NCBI GenBank assembly: GCA_048213135.1
Contig: PS015061.1
Coordinates: 240,628 to 304,627, forward strand
Length of the DNA: 64,000 nucleotides
Direction: 5' to 3'
Source: Reclinomonas americana ATCC 50394
Lineage: Eukaryota
Below the pieces are notes generated by a model. It was not told the origin of the DNA, searched no databases, and worked only from the letters and a program-made list of their open reading frames with translations. A program made the position numbers and the translations under genes. The first letter of the stretch is position 1, and each line of letters opens with the position of its first letter. Shown here piece after piece: positions 27,100-42,605 of the stretch.

Positions 27100-29629
27100 T
27101 AGTGTGTAGTAGTAGTGTCGTCGTTCGTCGTCNNNNNNNNNNNNNNNNNNNNNNNNNNNNNNNNNNNNNNNNNNNNNNNNNNNNNNNNNNNNNNNNNNNN
27201 NNNNNNNNNNNNNNNNNNNNNNNNNNNNNNNNNNNNNNNNNNNNNNNNNNNNNNNNNNNNNNNNNNNNNNNNNNNNNNNNNNNNNNNNNNNNNNNNNNNN
27301 NNNNNNNNNNNNNNNNNNNNNNNNNNNNNNNNNNNNNNNNNNNNNNNNNNNNNNNNNAACATTGTGCATAGATGCTGTCTGCTGCACTACAGTGCGGTCG
27401 CTTCCTGCACATATTACTCAACAATGTGCTCGATATGGTTCGACTGGAGGCAAAGGAAGTGACAGTGCGCGTTGCCGAGTTTTCGGTGGCAGCCGTGATC
27501 GACGACGTGGGTACGTGGCCAGTCGGGTGCGGACGCAGTGCACGTGCTTCAGCAACTAACAAGTAACTGGTACACGCGCGCAGCCAACACGTTCCTCATA
27601 ACGGCAGCCGAGCAGCATGTGCCGTTGTTGCTGAGTGCCGATCCCGAGTTACCACCTGTGTTGCTGGGTGATCAGACACACCTGAAACAAGTTGCGTTGT
27701 CGCAGTTAGTCGTGAGTCTCGTTGCTGATTTCTCAAGCGGTGTGCATGCATGTCGCAGGTGCTGCTCAACCTGCTCTCCAACTCAGTGAAGCACACATCA
27801 TGCAACTCAGTTTTCCTTGTCGTTCGTCGTCACGCTCAGCAGGTAAAGTCGTCCGTGCAATGAAGCAGGGTTGTGACATATCCGCTCATCTGGTTGGATG
27901 CATGTGCATAGGACGGCGTTCCAGACGGCTCAGTTCGCGTGCATTTCCAAGTGCGCGACCACGGAGAGGGCATGCCACCCGAAGTATGCCACAATATTTT
28001 CTCCAAGGTCTCTCCTTCTTTTGCGGGTGGTGGTGCCAGTCTTTCTCGCAACACGCCTGACAGCATGTTACTACGTTGTGTTGGTGACCTAGTTTGCCAG
28101 TGACGGCGCCGGACACGGTGTCGGCCTCGGTTTGTACATTTGTCGCGAGCTGGTGGATTTGATGGACGGCACCATCGACATCAGCAGTGAGCTGGGCAAG
28201 GGCACCACCGTCAACGTGACGTTGGTGCTGGCAGTGCCGCCTGATGTGCCAGCATCTTGCTGGCTCACGCAAGGTGGGCAACCACGGCTTTGTGTTTATG
28301 CTTGCGGTTGCTTCTGCCTGCCTGCCAACTTACCATTCCTTGCACATGCAGGTCGCCCTCGGGCGGCTGTGCTGTTAGATGTGACGAGCCACCCGCATCC
28401 ATGGTTGCTGCAGCATATAGTCGAGCTAGTATCTTCGAGCATTCCCGCTGTGCGACTCGTTACCAGCACCGACGAGGCCCGTATCGTGTCTGCCGAGATA
28501 GGTTAGTTTGGCCTTTTTGGGCGCCGTTGGCCAGCCAGCCATTATGTTGTTTTTCACATGTTTTCCGTGACACAGATTCATCAGACACAATACTGCTCCT
28601 GCGCTACTCGTACCTCCAAGAGGTAGCATCGATATACTCCAGTGGCGAACTGATGATGGCCGATCTGCAAGAGCTGTGCGGTCGGTTCGCGCAAACTGTG
28701 GTCATGTGCGAGATCCACGAACGTGTGTACGCTGATGAGGTAGCTGTGTCGTGCGATGTCGATACGCGACGTTTGCAACAAGCACTGACCCCGATGATGG
28801 TAGGCTCTGGCTGCGCTGAAAGGGTCGACGAGGTTCTTCATCATCACCAAGCCCGTGGCTGTGCACCACATCTTGCAGGCGCTGGGCGTGGCATCCTACA
28901 GCAGGGTGAGCACGATATACTTGGCGGTCGTTGTGAATGATGGAGTGTGGTCACGATTCTCATGTTGTACGTGTGTATGTGGCAGGCAACCAATGCTGTC
29001 GACTACGCCGACAAGACGTGGGTGCGGCAACCGCGAATCCTGGTGGCCGAAGACAATCCAATCAATCGCAAAGGCATGTCGCGCGCTGCACTCACCGCAG
29101 TTGTGGTGGACAGTTTGCTGACTGCTGATGTTTTGATGTGCATGCGCAGTGCTGTGTCGGCTGTTGCGACAAATGCAGTGCATTACGTTTGTGGCGTGCG
29201 ATGGTGGCGAGGCCATTAGCGGTGTGAAGGAAAACTGGCCACTCGACTGCGTGCTGATGGATGTGCAGGTGTGTGCGTGTGCTAGTGAATGACATGCTTT
29301 TTTCCTGGTTGTGGAGGAGCCTCACTGTGTTTTTGAGTGCAGATGCCCGTCTACAACGGGCACGAAGCGACGCAGCGCATTCGTATGCTCGGCCGCCCCT
29401 TCGACCAGGTGCCAGTTGTGGCCATTACGGCGAATGCCACCGATGCCGACGAACGCAAGGCGCTGGCAGTCGTTGCGTTCTACGGCGCGATCTTGTGAGT
29501 GGCATTTGCAGCGCATGAAGGAACTCACTGGCGTCTTGCGTGTTGCAGGGAATGGATGGCTTCTTGTCGAAACCAATCGACTTGGCCGGCCTCCGGCGAG
29601 TTCTCGAACAGTACGTGCCGTGTACTTGA
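23491..29629 (+). CDS. Cytosolic hybrid histidine kinase: PAS/PAC domains, HisKA, HATPase_c, pseudo-receiver, receiver; spans an N-gap in an intron
   Basis: PAS_3 segment EWHRVVHPDD..YRCTLPSGRARWV..GWIGTVTDVS. H-box FIAAASHEIRTPLNGMLGMLQLL, N-box GDQTHLKQVLLNLLSNSVK, G1 VRDHGEGM, G2 GVGLGLYICRELVDLMDG. Receiver ILVAEDNPINRKV..VLMDVQMP..AITANA..FLSKPI. Linking the 5' part (23491-25260) to the rest is less certain. Confidence 0.88.
27029..27357. repeat. (GT)n microsatellite followed by an assembly gap (N 27133-27357), intronic
   Basis: Directly visible. Confidence 0.95.
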
Positions 29630-29823
29630 GTGGCAGCAATCAATAATGGCAGAGAAAGAATGCTTGTATAGTAATGGCACAAGAGAGCAAAACTAAAGAG
29701 TAAACCGCGAGAGCAGCACTCCGTGGTTTTGATGTCGCGATATCAAAATTTCATCGCCTGCCTGCCCGCCTGGCGCTTCTGCTCGCTGTGGGGTGCGTGC
29801 GTTGCACTGCTTGACGCGGGTGT

Positions 29824-31428
29824 ATGACGTACGCGGCCACAGGTCTCATCAACTCGCCTGTGGGTCGCTGGCCCAGCTGGTGGCTCGTGTTTCGCGCCCC
29901 GGCACGGATACCACGTGGTAAGTGTCTCTCTCTCACGCACTCACAAGCAAGCATGTGTGTGCGTACACTGCTGTCTCACAAGGACTCGCTCTGCACACCA
30001 GAGCAATGGATGTTCCTGCTGTGGAGCTTCCTGATCGCATGCGTCCTGCAACCGCTGGTGGAGCCTCTCACTCTCCTCTGTGCTCCGTCGACATATGTTC
30101 GCCTGTCGACCACTGGGCGACAGCAGTGGGCCAACCGGTGTGTGTGTGAGTGAGTGTGCGTGTGTATGTGCATTCGCAGTTGACTCTCGCATCTCGCAGC
30201 ATCATCAGCTCACTGTTCTCCGTTATTGCCACACTGGGCGCTGTTTCGTTGCCCATCGCTTTCTCTGTGTGTGCGCACACATCCACTCACTGTCTTTGTA
30301 TGTGCAGGCTCTCTGCTTGGTCGGGTCTGAGCTGTCGGCCGCCTCTGTGGTGACACAGTCTGAGGGTGCCGACGCGGTGCTGGCCTTGTTTCTCGGCTTT
30401 CTTATCTACGACACGGTGGCCATGTTGGCCTACCACCAGGCGCTCTGCTCCAAGTCGCTCTTCGTGCAGCATCTGCTCTTTGAGGTGGTGCTGTCACTCA
30501 GTCTGGTTCGAGGCGACTCATGGTCAGCATTTAATTTGGTTGGTCACGTTGACTGATTCTCTCCTGTGGCAGGCGTACCACACGGGAACGTTCTACGCAC
30601 TCAGCCTGCTGCTGACGGAGGTCGCGACGCCGAGCTGGCATCTCATGCACACGCTGAAACAGACCAATTGCGCGTCGCCACGCGCTGCGGCAATCAATTC
30701 GGTGGTTCTCGTGTGCCTGTGGGGCTTCGCCCGCGTCCTCGTCCCGACGTGGCTGCTGTACTTAATGATGGCGAACTGGGCCGATGTCTCCATGATGCAC
30801 CCGTTCCAGGTGCTGATGCTCATTGGCGTCACTCTCATCACGGGCACGCTGGGATTCAATCGGCTGCTCAAGGTACTTGCAAGGTTTCCCATGCATCGGC
30901 TCCTCATCGCCGCCTGTTCACCCGACCTGTGCACAGCTGGTGACACGAGCACGTTTCCAGTGGAACCGCCGCCTCGACGAGATGCACGACGACACGAGTG
31001 TGGTCGCCATGGTGAACCTCAGCAGTGGCGACGGAGATTCGCCAGTGTACGTGCCACTGCGGCACGTCAGCTCCCTCTCCAGGTTATCGCCGACCAGCAT
31101 GCTGGCGAGTGGTATCGGCACCACCAACTCAGAGGGCATGGTTGACAGCGGCAACGGTGTGGTGGTCGTCGACCGCGAGTATTACTTGGCGAGTCGCGAT
31201 CACCGCCTGCATCTGTTCCAGTCGCCCTCGGCAAGCTCTCTCGCCGAACTGGTAGCAGCCGGCGGTGGCGGCGGTGGTGGAGGCAGCGTGGGCGGTGGTG
31301 GTGGCGGTGGCAGTGTCAGTGGCAGCGCCGTGAGTCCGCTCGGTGACGACTCCGAAATCATGTCGGAGCACTCGCATGTCAACGCGCCCTCGTCGCCCAC
31401 CATGAGATCCTTCACTCCCAAACACTAA
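29824..31428 (+). CDS. TLC (TRAM/LAG1/CLN8) domain membrane protein
   Basis: Multiple hydrophobic helices; LFLGFLIYDTV, FVQHLLF, LLLTEVATPSWHL and NSVVLVCLWGFARV fit the TLC pattern. Ser/Gly-rich tail. Confidence 0.7.
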
Positions 31429-31550
31429 CGTAATGATATATAAAGCACACAGAGAGAATTGTTTAGAAACGATTGTCAACGTGTGTACTCTTGGCTTCAT
31501 TCGCATGGTGGGAGTACACGGACGGCGGGGGGGCGACACGGCTAGGGCGC

Positions 31551-32364
31551 TCAGAAGATGCCGAGGAGCTGCAGGCCAGTGGCGAAGCTCGTCAGCAGGA
31601 GAGTGATGAGGGCAATGTAACCAAACGCGCCACGGTTGCGGGCCTCCGGCTTGCCGGTCGAGTAGGACTGTGAACAGCGAAGTGAGGAGGGATGCATGAA
31701 GGTCGCAGTAGCAGTGCGGAGAAGCGGAAGAACGTACAACAAAGTACACCACACGCGAGGCCAGGAACACGGCGCCGGCAAGCGCGGAGATCGTCGGGTA
31801 CGACAGGCCACCGAGCAGCAGCAGCACGAGGAAGCCGGAAATGCTCTGGATGCACATTGTCAGAGCAGAGTTCACGGGGGAGGCAGAGAATAAGCAAGGG
31901 CGAAACGGACCTCCAGCGTGTTCTGGTGACCGCGCTGCACGCAGTTGCTACAAAGACACACACATTGTCAGCTCATGCGGAATGCACGAAAAACACTTTT
32001 TGTCAGCCAGAGCGCAACTAGACATCTGTGACAATGGTGAATGAGTATTACTCGCCGGAGTAAAGCCAGCAGGAGGGAAGAGGAAAAACGCAACTCGAGT
32101 CGGCATTCCACTTGGCATCGCCCTCCTTGTACTCACGGCTGCACAGAAGACATTCATTATCTCACTTGTATCGAATTTGAATGACACGTGGCATGCATGC
32201 ACGCAACTACAGAAGCGGGTACTGTGCGTGTGTGGAAATGCATAGCGTGTGTGTAAGTGAGTGATTGCAGTGAGAGACAGTGTGCACAGTCGCGCACTCA
32301 CCTTGACGCCGTACAGCTTGCGGGCCTTGCCGACCATGGTGCCCTGTGCATGCGGGAAAATGCA

Positions 32365-32410
<46 letters not shown>

Positions 32411-32873
32411 TGTGTGTGTGTGTCGCACCACTACACTAGTACGTACGTACGGTACGGACGGACGGCCGGACGGACGGGACGGGCGGACGGACGACGACGA
32501 CGTACGTCGTGGTGGGGNNNNNNNNNNNNNNNNNNNNNNNNNNNNNNNNNNNNNGTACGTACGTACGTACGTACGACGTACGACGACGACGTAGTAGAGA
32601 GAGAGAGACGAGACGAGGAGAGAGAGACGAGAGAGAGAAGAGAGGAGGGAGAGAGAGAGAGAGAGAGAGAGAGGAGTGTGTGTGTGCGTGTGCCACTCAC
32701 CATGAACACGTTGACGAGCGGCCAGAGGGCGGCGACGAGCACGACGTAGCTGTGGGTGGTGAGACACACAGAGGGTGAACAACATGCTGCAAGCAATAAT
32801 GCAAGAAAGAGTGTGTGCGTGTGTGAGAGGCGACTCACCCGTACTCGCGCGGGAGAGAAGCGATTGAGGCCAT
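31551..32873 (-). CDS. MGST3: MAPEG family microsomal glutathione S-transferase 3-like; 9 exons including 7-nt and 14-nt microexons
   Basis: Spliced product MASIASLPREYGYVVLV..VGKARKLYGVKYPLLY..SNVYNCVQRGHQNTLE..LLLGGLSYP..RVVYFVSYSTGKPEARNRGAFG. Confidence 0.9.
32367..32690. repeat. (GA)n/(GT)n microsatellites around the gap N 32518-32554, intronic in the MAPEG gene
   Basis: Directly visible. Confidence 0.9.
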
Positions 32874-33919
32874 GATGGAGGTTGTGCGTGCGCTCGGTTT
32901 TGAGAAGAGAGAGAAACGCGGAGTGTGCGTCGGAGCAGCGAGCGCGAGTGGCGAGACGGACAAATCCGACGCGCCGAATTCGACCATTGCGAGGCCGCAG
33001 CGCTCGCGGTCGGAAGAATGCATGCAGCGGACGATGAGGCTGGCGGTGTCGCCGAGCAGCAGCATTCCGTGAGATTGGGAGTGGGAGTGGCGGATTTTTT
33101 GAATGTGAGTGTTGCGGTTGCAATTGCAGGCGCTTCCGAATCCGGGTCCGGCTGCTGCGCACCCACCGAGGTGCCGAGAAAGCCAGTGCTGCAGGTCCGA
33201 AGACCAGAAAAGCCAACTCGAAAGCAAGGTGATCATGCCGCGATTGCGATATGCCGAATTCGGAAAACCGCGCGGCAGCCACCCAGGCCCTCTTTTCGCG
33301 TACACTGAGGAAAGGCTTGCCCGTGTATACGATGATCTCCACTGCTATGGTATCCGCCGATGTGCAAAGCGGAAGACCGGCGTGATCAATCGGTCTGCAA
33401 TTAAAACTCCACCGAAAAGGAATCCAGTGGGCTGTGGCTTGAATTTGGTCTTTTCTCCGCCTCGTGGGAGAGCCCGTGCTTTCTCTTGAAATGCACACCA
33501 CACTTGCCTTTGCAAGCATCAGGGTGGTCACCCGCGGCGCCCTTCGATATATATCCCAAAGCGCGCACGATACCGACGCCCAAGATATCGAAACACGAAC
33601 GATCGTCATCAGCGCCCATGGCCGCACTTCCTCACCCTGCTCTCTCTCTCTTGCGGTGGCTTATGCACAACAAGCAGCCACGTCAATGGCCGCGTGATGC
33701 ATTAGAATCCTTTGTATCTCCGACCCGATTGAAACAATCAACGGTCATTTTTGTTTTCGACCCGTTTTGCGAGAGAAGAGAGAGCACGTGTGCGTGAGAG
33801 AGATTCGTGTCGGTGGCACACCCACACTCACAAGCAGCCACACCACACCACACACACACACACCACATACATATCACACGTAGCGTGACTGTGCCTCGCT
33901 AGGAGAGAGAAAGAGAGAG

Positions 33920-35425
33920 ATGGGAGCCTCGTCGTCACTCTCACAACAGGCGTCGCTGGTGTCGTTGCACTCGCTCGCACGCATCCCCTCGTACCGACCA
34001 CACGATGCACCACCGCCACAACCTAAACGCTCGCGCAGGCGACGCAACCTGCCGCGCAAGTTGGCACTGGCGTGCTCGTGTCTTCCACCGGCACCGCGGC
34101 GCACGCGATCACAACGGTGAGTGATGCTGTTTCTGTATCCACCACCCTCGCCCCGTGTCTTTTCTCCCCTCTCTCCTCCCCACATCGCGCGCCCCCTCCT
34201 CTTGTGTGAACACACACACACGTTCGCGTCGTGGCTCCTTTCCCCCACTCGGTTGTGTTTCAGTTGTCCGCATTCGGCAGTTGGAATCTGATCCGCATGT
34301 TACCCCTCCGTCTCTTCTCTTTGTGCGTGGCGCAGCGACTTGGCCATCTTTGGTCGTGCCTCGACCGGACGCAACGCGTCGACAATGGAGACGAGTGCGG
34401 CGAGTACTGCATCGGAAGACACCGTTCGGTATGTCTGCGTCTGCGTACATGTACCTTGCAGCAGTCAAGCAACTGACATGTAGCGCTGCGTCAACTCCCC
34501 TAGTCCCTTCTCGTCGCCGCATGCCAGACCGCGCGATTCGGTCGGCGGTGAGTTGGACGAAGGCACACATCACGAGTGGTATGCGGGGGGTGTGGATGAC
34601 ATGGAGGGCGACTCGGTGCTGGCCATGGTGCGGCAGCGACACATGCTGGCCGTCAGCGTGCGGGAACACCGCGGCCTCACGCCACCGCCGTCTCCGGAGC
34701 CGCTTGCCATCATGGCCACGCCACCCAGAGCCAGTGGACTTGTGCGACTGCCCGGCATCCTGACCTCACCCAGCGCCTCACCCAATATTAAGGTCACTGC
34801 GGAGGGCATTGGACCGATCTCGCACGGTGGTGATGATGCGGCGCCGTTTTCGCCGCCATACAACTCGCAACCTCTGCGCCCCGTACCGGCTGCAATCCAT
34901 CGTGGCTCCCTCTCCTCGGCAGTCGCCGACGATGACGATGAGGAGGAGGAGGAGGACGACGGTGTCGTTGACGGGCAGCGAGAAGAGGAAGACGATGGGG
35001 AGGAGGAAGACAAGGAGAACATGGCTGACGAGGATTTGGAACGGGAGCCGCTGTCTCCTCTGCGACGGTCCTCGGCCGTCCTCGGTGGCCGCACCAGCAG
35101 CAGTGGCAGCATCGGCAGTGCCGTGCGCCGCAACTCGGTATCGCCCCGACTCGAGGACTCGCGCGGCACTGTTGCTAGCGGTGGTGTCGTGACGCCGACT
35201 GGCTCCGGTGTTGAGCCTCGACGCCCGAGTCGCAGTTCAACACTGCGCTCGACGCCCACTTCTGTCATGTCCGCATCGTCGGTGCGAGCCGACAGCCCTC
35301 TCTCGTGCATCAACAATGCGTCGTCCACTGAGCCGCAACTGGCCACCCTGGCAGCCATGCTGCCCGTCAAACGGCCCCAACTGCCGTCTCTGCAATCCAT
35401 GCAGCAACCTGCATCCGACGAATAG
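33920..35425 (+). CDS. Hypothetical, largely disordered Ser/Pro/acidic protein; the start MGASSS fits an N-myristoylation pattern
   Basis: Long last exon (ORF 34553-35425) plus upstream GT-AG-bounded exons. No family recognised, and the 5' exon linkage is uncertain. Confidence 0.5.
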
Positions 35426-35536
35426 AAGGCACTCGGTGCACTAAATGAACCCCCCCCCCCCCCCACTATTCACACGCCGCCGCCGGAGACTAAAGAAGAT
35501 ATGCATTGTTTTCCAACAGCTCACAAGCCGTGCGCG

Positions 35537-39420
<3,884 letters not shown>

Positions 39421-39628
39421 CGACGATCATTGCAGAGATAAGGGAGTCGGTGGCAGGACGTCGGTGTCGTCCTTCATTCATGTCGCGCAGCTGCGTTCTC
39501 TCTCTCGAGTGTGCTGCTGTCTGCGTGGAGCACCTCGGCAAGGCGTGTTTCTTGCCGAGGGAAGATCAAGAGCGTTCCCTCGAGCTCCCTTTCGCGACGT
39601 TCGTTGCTGTCTTGGCAATGTCGTCGTC

Positions 39629-40888
39629 TCACTCCAACGGACTCAGTGTCAGCTTGACGCCGCCCTGAATGTACACGACGTTGCAGGTGAGCTCCATGGC
39701 GCCGTCGGCGTCGGTGACGGCGTCGAGACGGAATTCGCCCTCCTGGGGGAGAGGGGAGAAGGGAAATATGGGAGAAGGGAGGGGTAAGAAGACGAGGAGC
39801 TCAAGCTCTGCGAGCAGCACCACCCGATGACTGGAATGTACGAATAGTTCAAGATGAAGGTCGCGGAGAGGGCATGCAAGCTAAGAAGTAGAGCACGTGA
39901 AGAGGTGACAACCAAAGAGACTTGAACGATGAAGGCAAAGAAAAAGATCGAGGAGGAAAGCAAGACGGTAGTTCTCGTCGTGAACGAGTCGTGGAGGACA
40001 ACGTTGCATTACTGCAACAGGAGCACGACAAGGCTCTGAAAGGACGGTAAAAAAAGGGAGAATGCGTTGGGACAGACAAGGATGCAGCACTGCAGGAGAA
40101 GCACGACGAATGCTCTGAAGGGATCGTTGTCGACGACAGTTAAACATGCAAAAACGTGTTGTGAAAGACAAGGTTGCAGCCTTGCAGGAGAAGCACGACG
40201 AATGCTGCGGCCAACAATCACACAGATGTCACTGGAGAGAACGGATCGAAGCACTGAATGGATCTCCGTCGCTGGCTCTCTCGACCCATCCTTCCCCCAC
40301 CACCGCTCACCCCCGCATTCTCCACATCCTCCCGCCCCACCGCATGCATCAACAAGTACCGAATCCAATGCCGATTGTTGATGGTCGAGTACGGCACAAG
40401 GCCGCGCGGGGTGCGAAACATGATGAAACAATCGCCCGTCTCCTCGACGTACTTGAGATGCACATGCAGTGCCGCAAGAAGTCGCGTCGCATGCAGAATG
40501 TGACGCAGCAGGAGGAGCGTGGTGTGTGGTCGCACGAGCGTGGGATCGTCATCGAAACGTGATTCGCGGAGATCGAGCTTGACAATGCGTCGTTTCTGTG
40601 CATCGAATGAGAGAGTGTGTGTGTGTGGAGGGAGAGAGAGAGTGTGTGTGTGTGTGTGTGGGTGTCTGTGCGTACCTCGACAATGGTGGAGTCGGGGTCG
40701 TTGACAATGCCAGTGTCGAGTGTGCGGAAGAAGCGACTGGCGGTGGCCACTGTGTCGCTGTGATGAGCGAGTGGTGGTGGCGAGGAAGAGGAAGAGGCAG
40801 GTGGTGGTGATGAGGAGGAGGAGTCTGCTGTGCTGGGCGATGAGAGGTGCTGCAGCAGGCGACGCACTCGGCGCACGGCCGTCGACAT
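39629..40888 (-). CDS. Hypothetical protein with an N-terminal PTS2-like nonapeptide RVRRLLQHL
   Basis: Exon 1 MSTAVRRVRRLLQHL..DSTIVE splices GT-AG to KRRIVKLDLRESRF..HLKYVEETGDCFIMF..HWIR. Later exons are uncertain. Confidence 0.55.
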
Positions 40889-40988
40889 GTGAGTTGCGCA
40901 GGACGCGGAGAGACAACTCGGTGGCGTGGGAGGAGGATCAGCTGTGTTGCCTGGTGGTTGACAGTTGACGCACAGTGCAGCGGAGTCG

Positions 40989-41982
40989 ATGAAGCATGAC
41001 AGGCACGAGAGAGAAGCGACGTCGATCGCGATCGATATCTTCGACGTCGAGATCATGCATCCCTTGTCGCTCATCGCCTGCTCTCATAGTCTGTGGAACG
41101 GTAGGCAAGTGCTTTCGGTGCACCCAGTGTGCGCAGTCGCCGGGCACGATGCCTGTGACTCGACGTTCCCTCACAGGTTGTCACGCACCCATTGATTGAC
41201 TTCGTTGACTTCTCCTCCATGCGCGCACACGCCAGTCGCTAGTGTTCTCCACCGCGATCGTCTCCACCGCCTCTCCTCCGTGTCAGTGCGTTTCTGCCTC
41301 TGTGTGTACGCGAGTCTGCCTGTGTTTACACAGCGCTTTCAGGATGACCTCCTTCGCATACGACAGCGCGACTGTGGAGTGCGAGTGGGATCTCTTCTTT
41401 GGTGTTGACCAGCTCGATCGTGAGGAATTCACGGACGATGTCGACAATGTGATGCGCTCCATCACGCCACTGCTCGGCAGTGATCGAGTGCAATGCATTC
41501 ACAGTGCCAGTGGACTGCGCGCGGTGGCCAAGGCACTGAAGGAGAGCACGGTGAGCTTGTCGAGCCTCAAGGCGTGCTCCAGTGCTGCTGCACTGGCGGC
41601 AGTCACAGCGGTCATCTGTGGACATGCGTTTCGTGGAGACGAGTCACAGCTTTGCTTGTTCATCGTCAGTGAGCTGCGGAGTGTCGTCATGTGGCCTCCC
41701 GCGATGCCCACCGCGATCTACTTCTCGCCCTGGGCCTGGCGGAGTCATCTGCGCCGCGAGCTGGCGCTCCATCATGTGCGTCGCAACCCTCTGTGCAGTG
41801 AGGCTGGTCGACTGGCCACCGCTGCCATGAATGCCGCGGTATGTCGGGGCACGAAATGCAGCAGTGTGGTGGTTCCGAAGCGCTCACTGTTTTTTGATCG
41901 ATCGTAGGAGGTGCCGAGCGACAAGAATTCGAAGCAGTGGCTTGCCGAAGTGTGGGAGATCGAGGTGGAGGAGCTTCCGTGA
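40989..41982 (+). CDS. Hypothetical protein, divergent from the PTS2-like gene
   Basis: Protein-like exon (ORF 41242-41907, ECEWDLFFGVDQLDREEF..) spliced via GTATGT..TAG to a last exon EVPSDKNSKQWLAEVWEIEVEELP*. Start uncertain. Confidence 0.5.
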
Positions 41983-42191
41983 CGAGCACAGTGCCATTGG
42001 TCGTTCTCGCGGTGCACGCCTGTGAGAGTCAGGCTGCATGACTGAGGCGGTGGGTGAGTGTGCTTGTGGGGTGTGGGGCACACCAAAAACAAGGCCTCGC
42101 AAAAGTGCTCTCGTCGCGTGGTCGAGTTAGAGTCCATGTGACAACTATTTTGAATATTTTCCATTGTGTTTTCCGTGCAAGAGAGCAGACC

Positions 42192-42605
42192 ATGCCCAAG
42201 TCCAACCTCGCTACCTTCTTCACCTGCGCTGCCGTGACCTTGTTCCTCGTAGCTGTTGTGGCGGCTCCGTATGCCCATTCTGTTGTCGCCGACGTGCGCG
42301 TATCAGTCAAATGCCCTTCGAACCAAGTCATGTTGTGCTCCGGTCATGGGTGCTGCCAGGCGTACGCCAACGAGGGCAGCCAGTTTTGTTTAGCCAACAA
42401 TGCCCGCATGTGGTACAGCTGGAACTCGGACTGCGTGTCTCCGGACCAGGTGGTGCTGGGTCTCGAATTCGTCAACGGCAGCGGCAACAACACGGAGGGC
42501 TGTGCGCTGCAAGCCAACGTGAACGGCACCGCGTGGCAGACGTGGATCCACACGAACCTGGGCAAGATGCACTGGGAAGACAAGTTGTACGCGTACTGCG
42601 TGTGA
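42192..42605 (+). CDS. Small intronless secreted Cys/Trp-rich protein (137 aa)
   Basis: Signal-peptide-like N-terminus (TFFTCAAVTLFLVAVVAA), 8 Cys in the mature part, NGS/NNT/NGT sequons, and AATAAA about 28 nt after the stop. Confidence 0.72.
   Translation: MPKSNLATFFTCAAVTLFLVAVVAAPYAHSVVADVRVSVKCPSNQVMLCSGHGCCQAYANEGSQFCLANNARMWYSWNSDCVSPDQVVLGLEFVNGSGNNTEGCALQANVNGTAWQTWIHTNLGKMHWEDKLYAYCV

Noticed and set aside
32430-32640. ACGT/GACG/GTAC-type repeats flanking gaps (also 27095-27132 and 38110-38150)
   Set aside because: They occur only at contig ends next to N-runs after microsatellites, resembling low-quality pyrosequencing read-end artefacts rather than a biological repeat.
39990-40210. 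Repeat GCAGGAGAAGCACGACGAATGCT twice ~91 bp apart, considered as CRISPR-like
   Set aside because: Only 2-3 degenerate copies whose flanks are also similar, in a probable eukaryotic intron with no cas genes; an ordinary tandem duplication.
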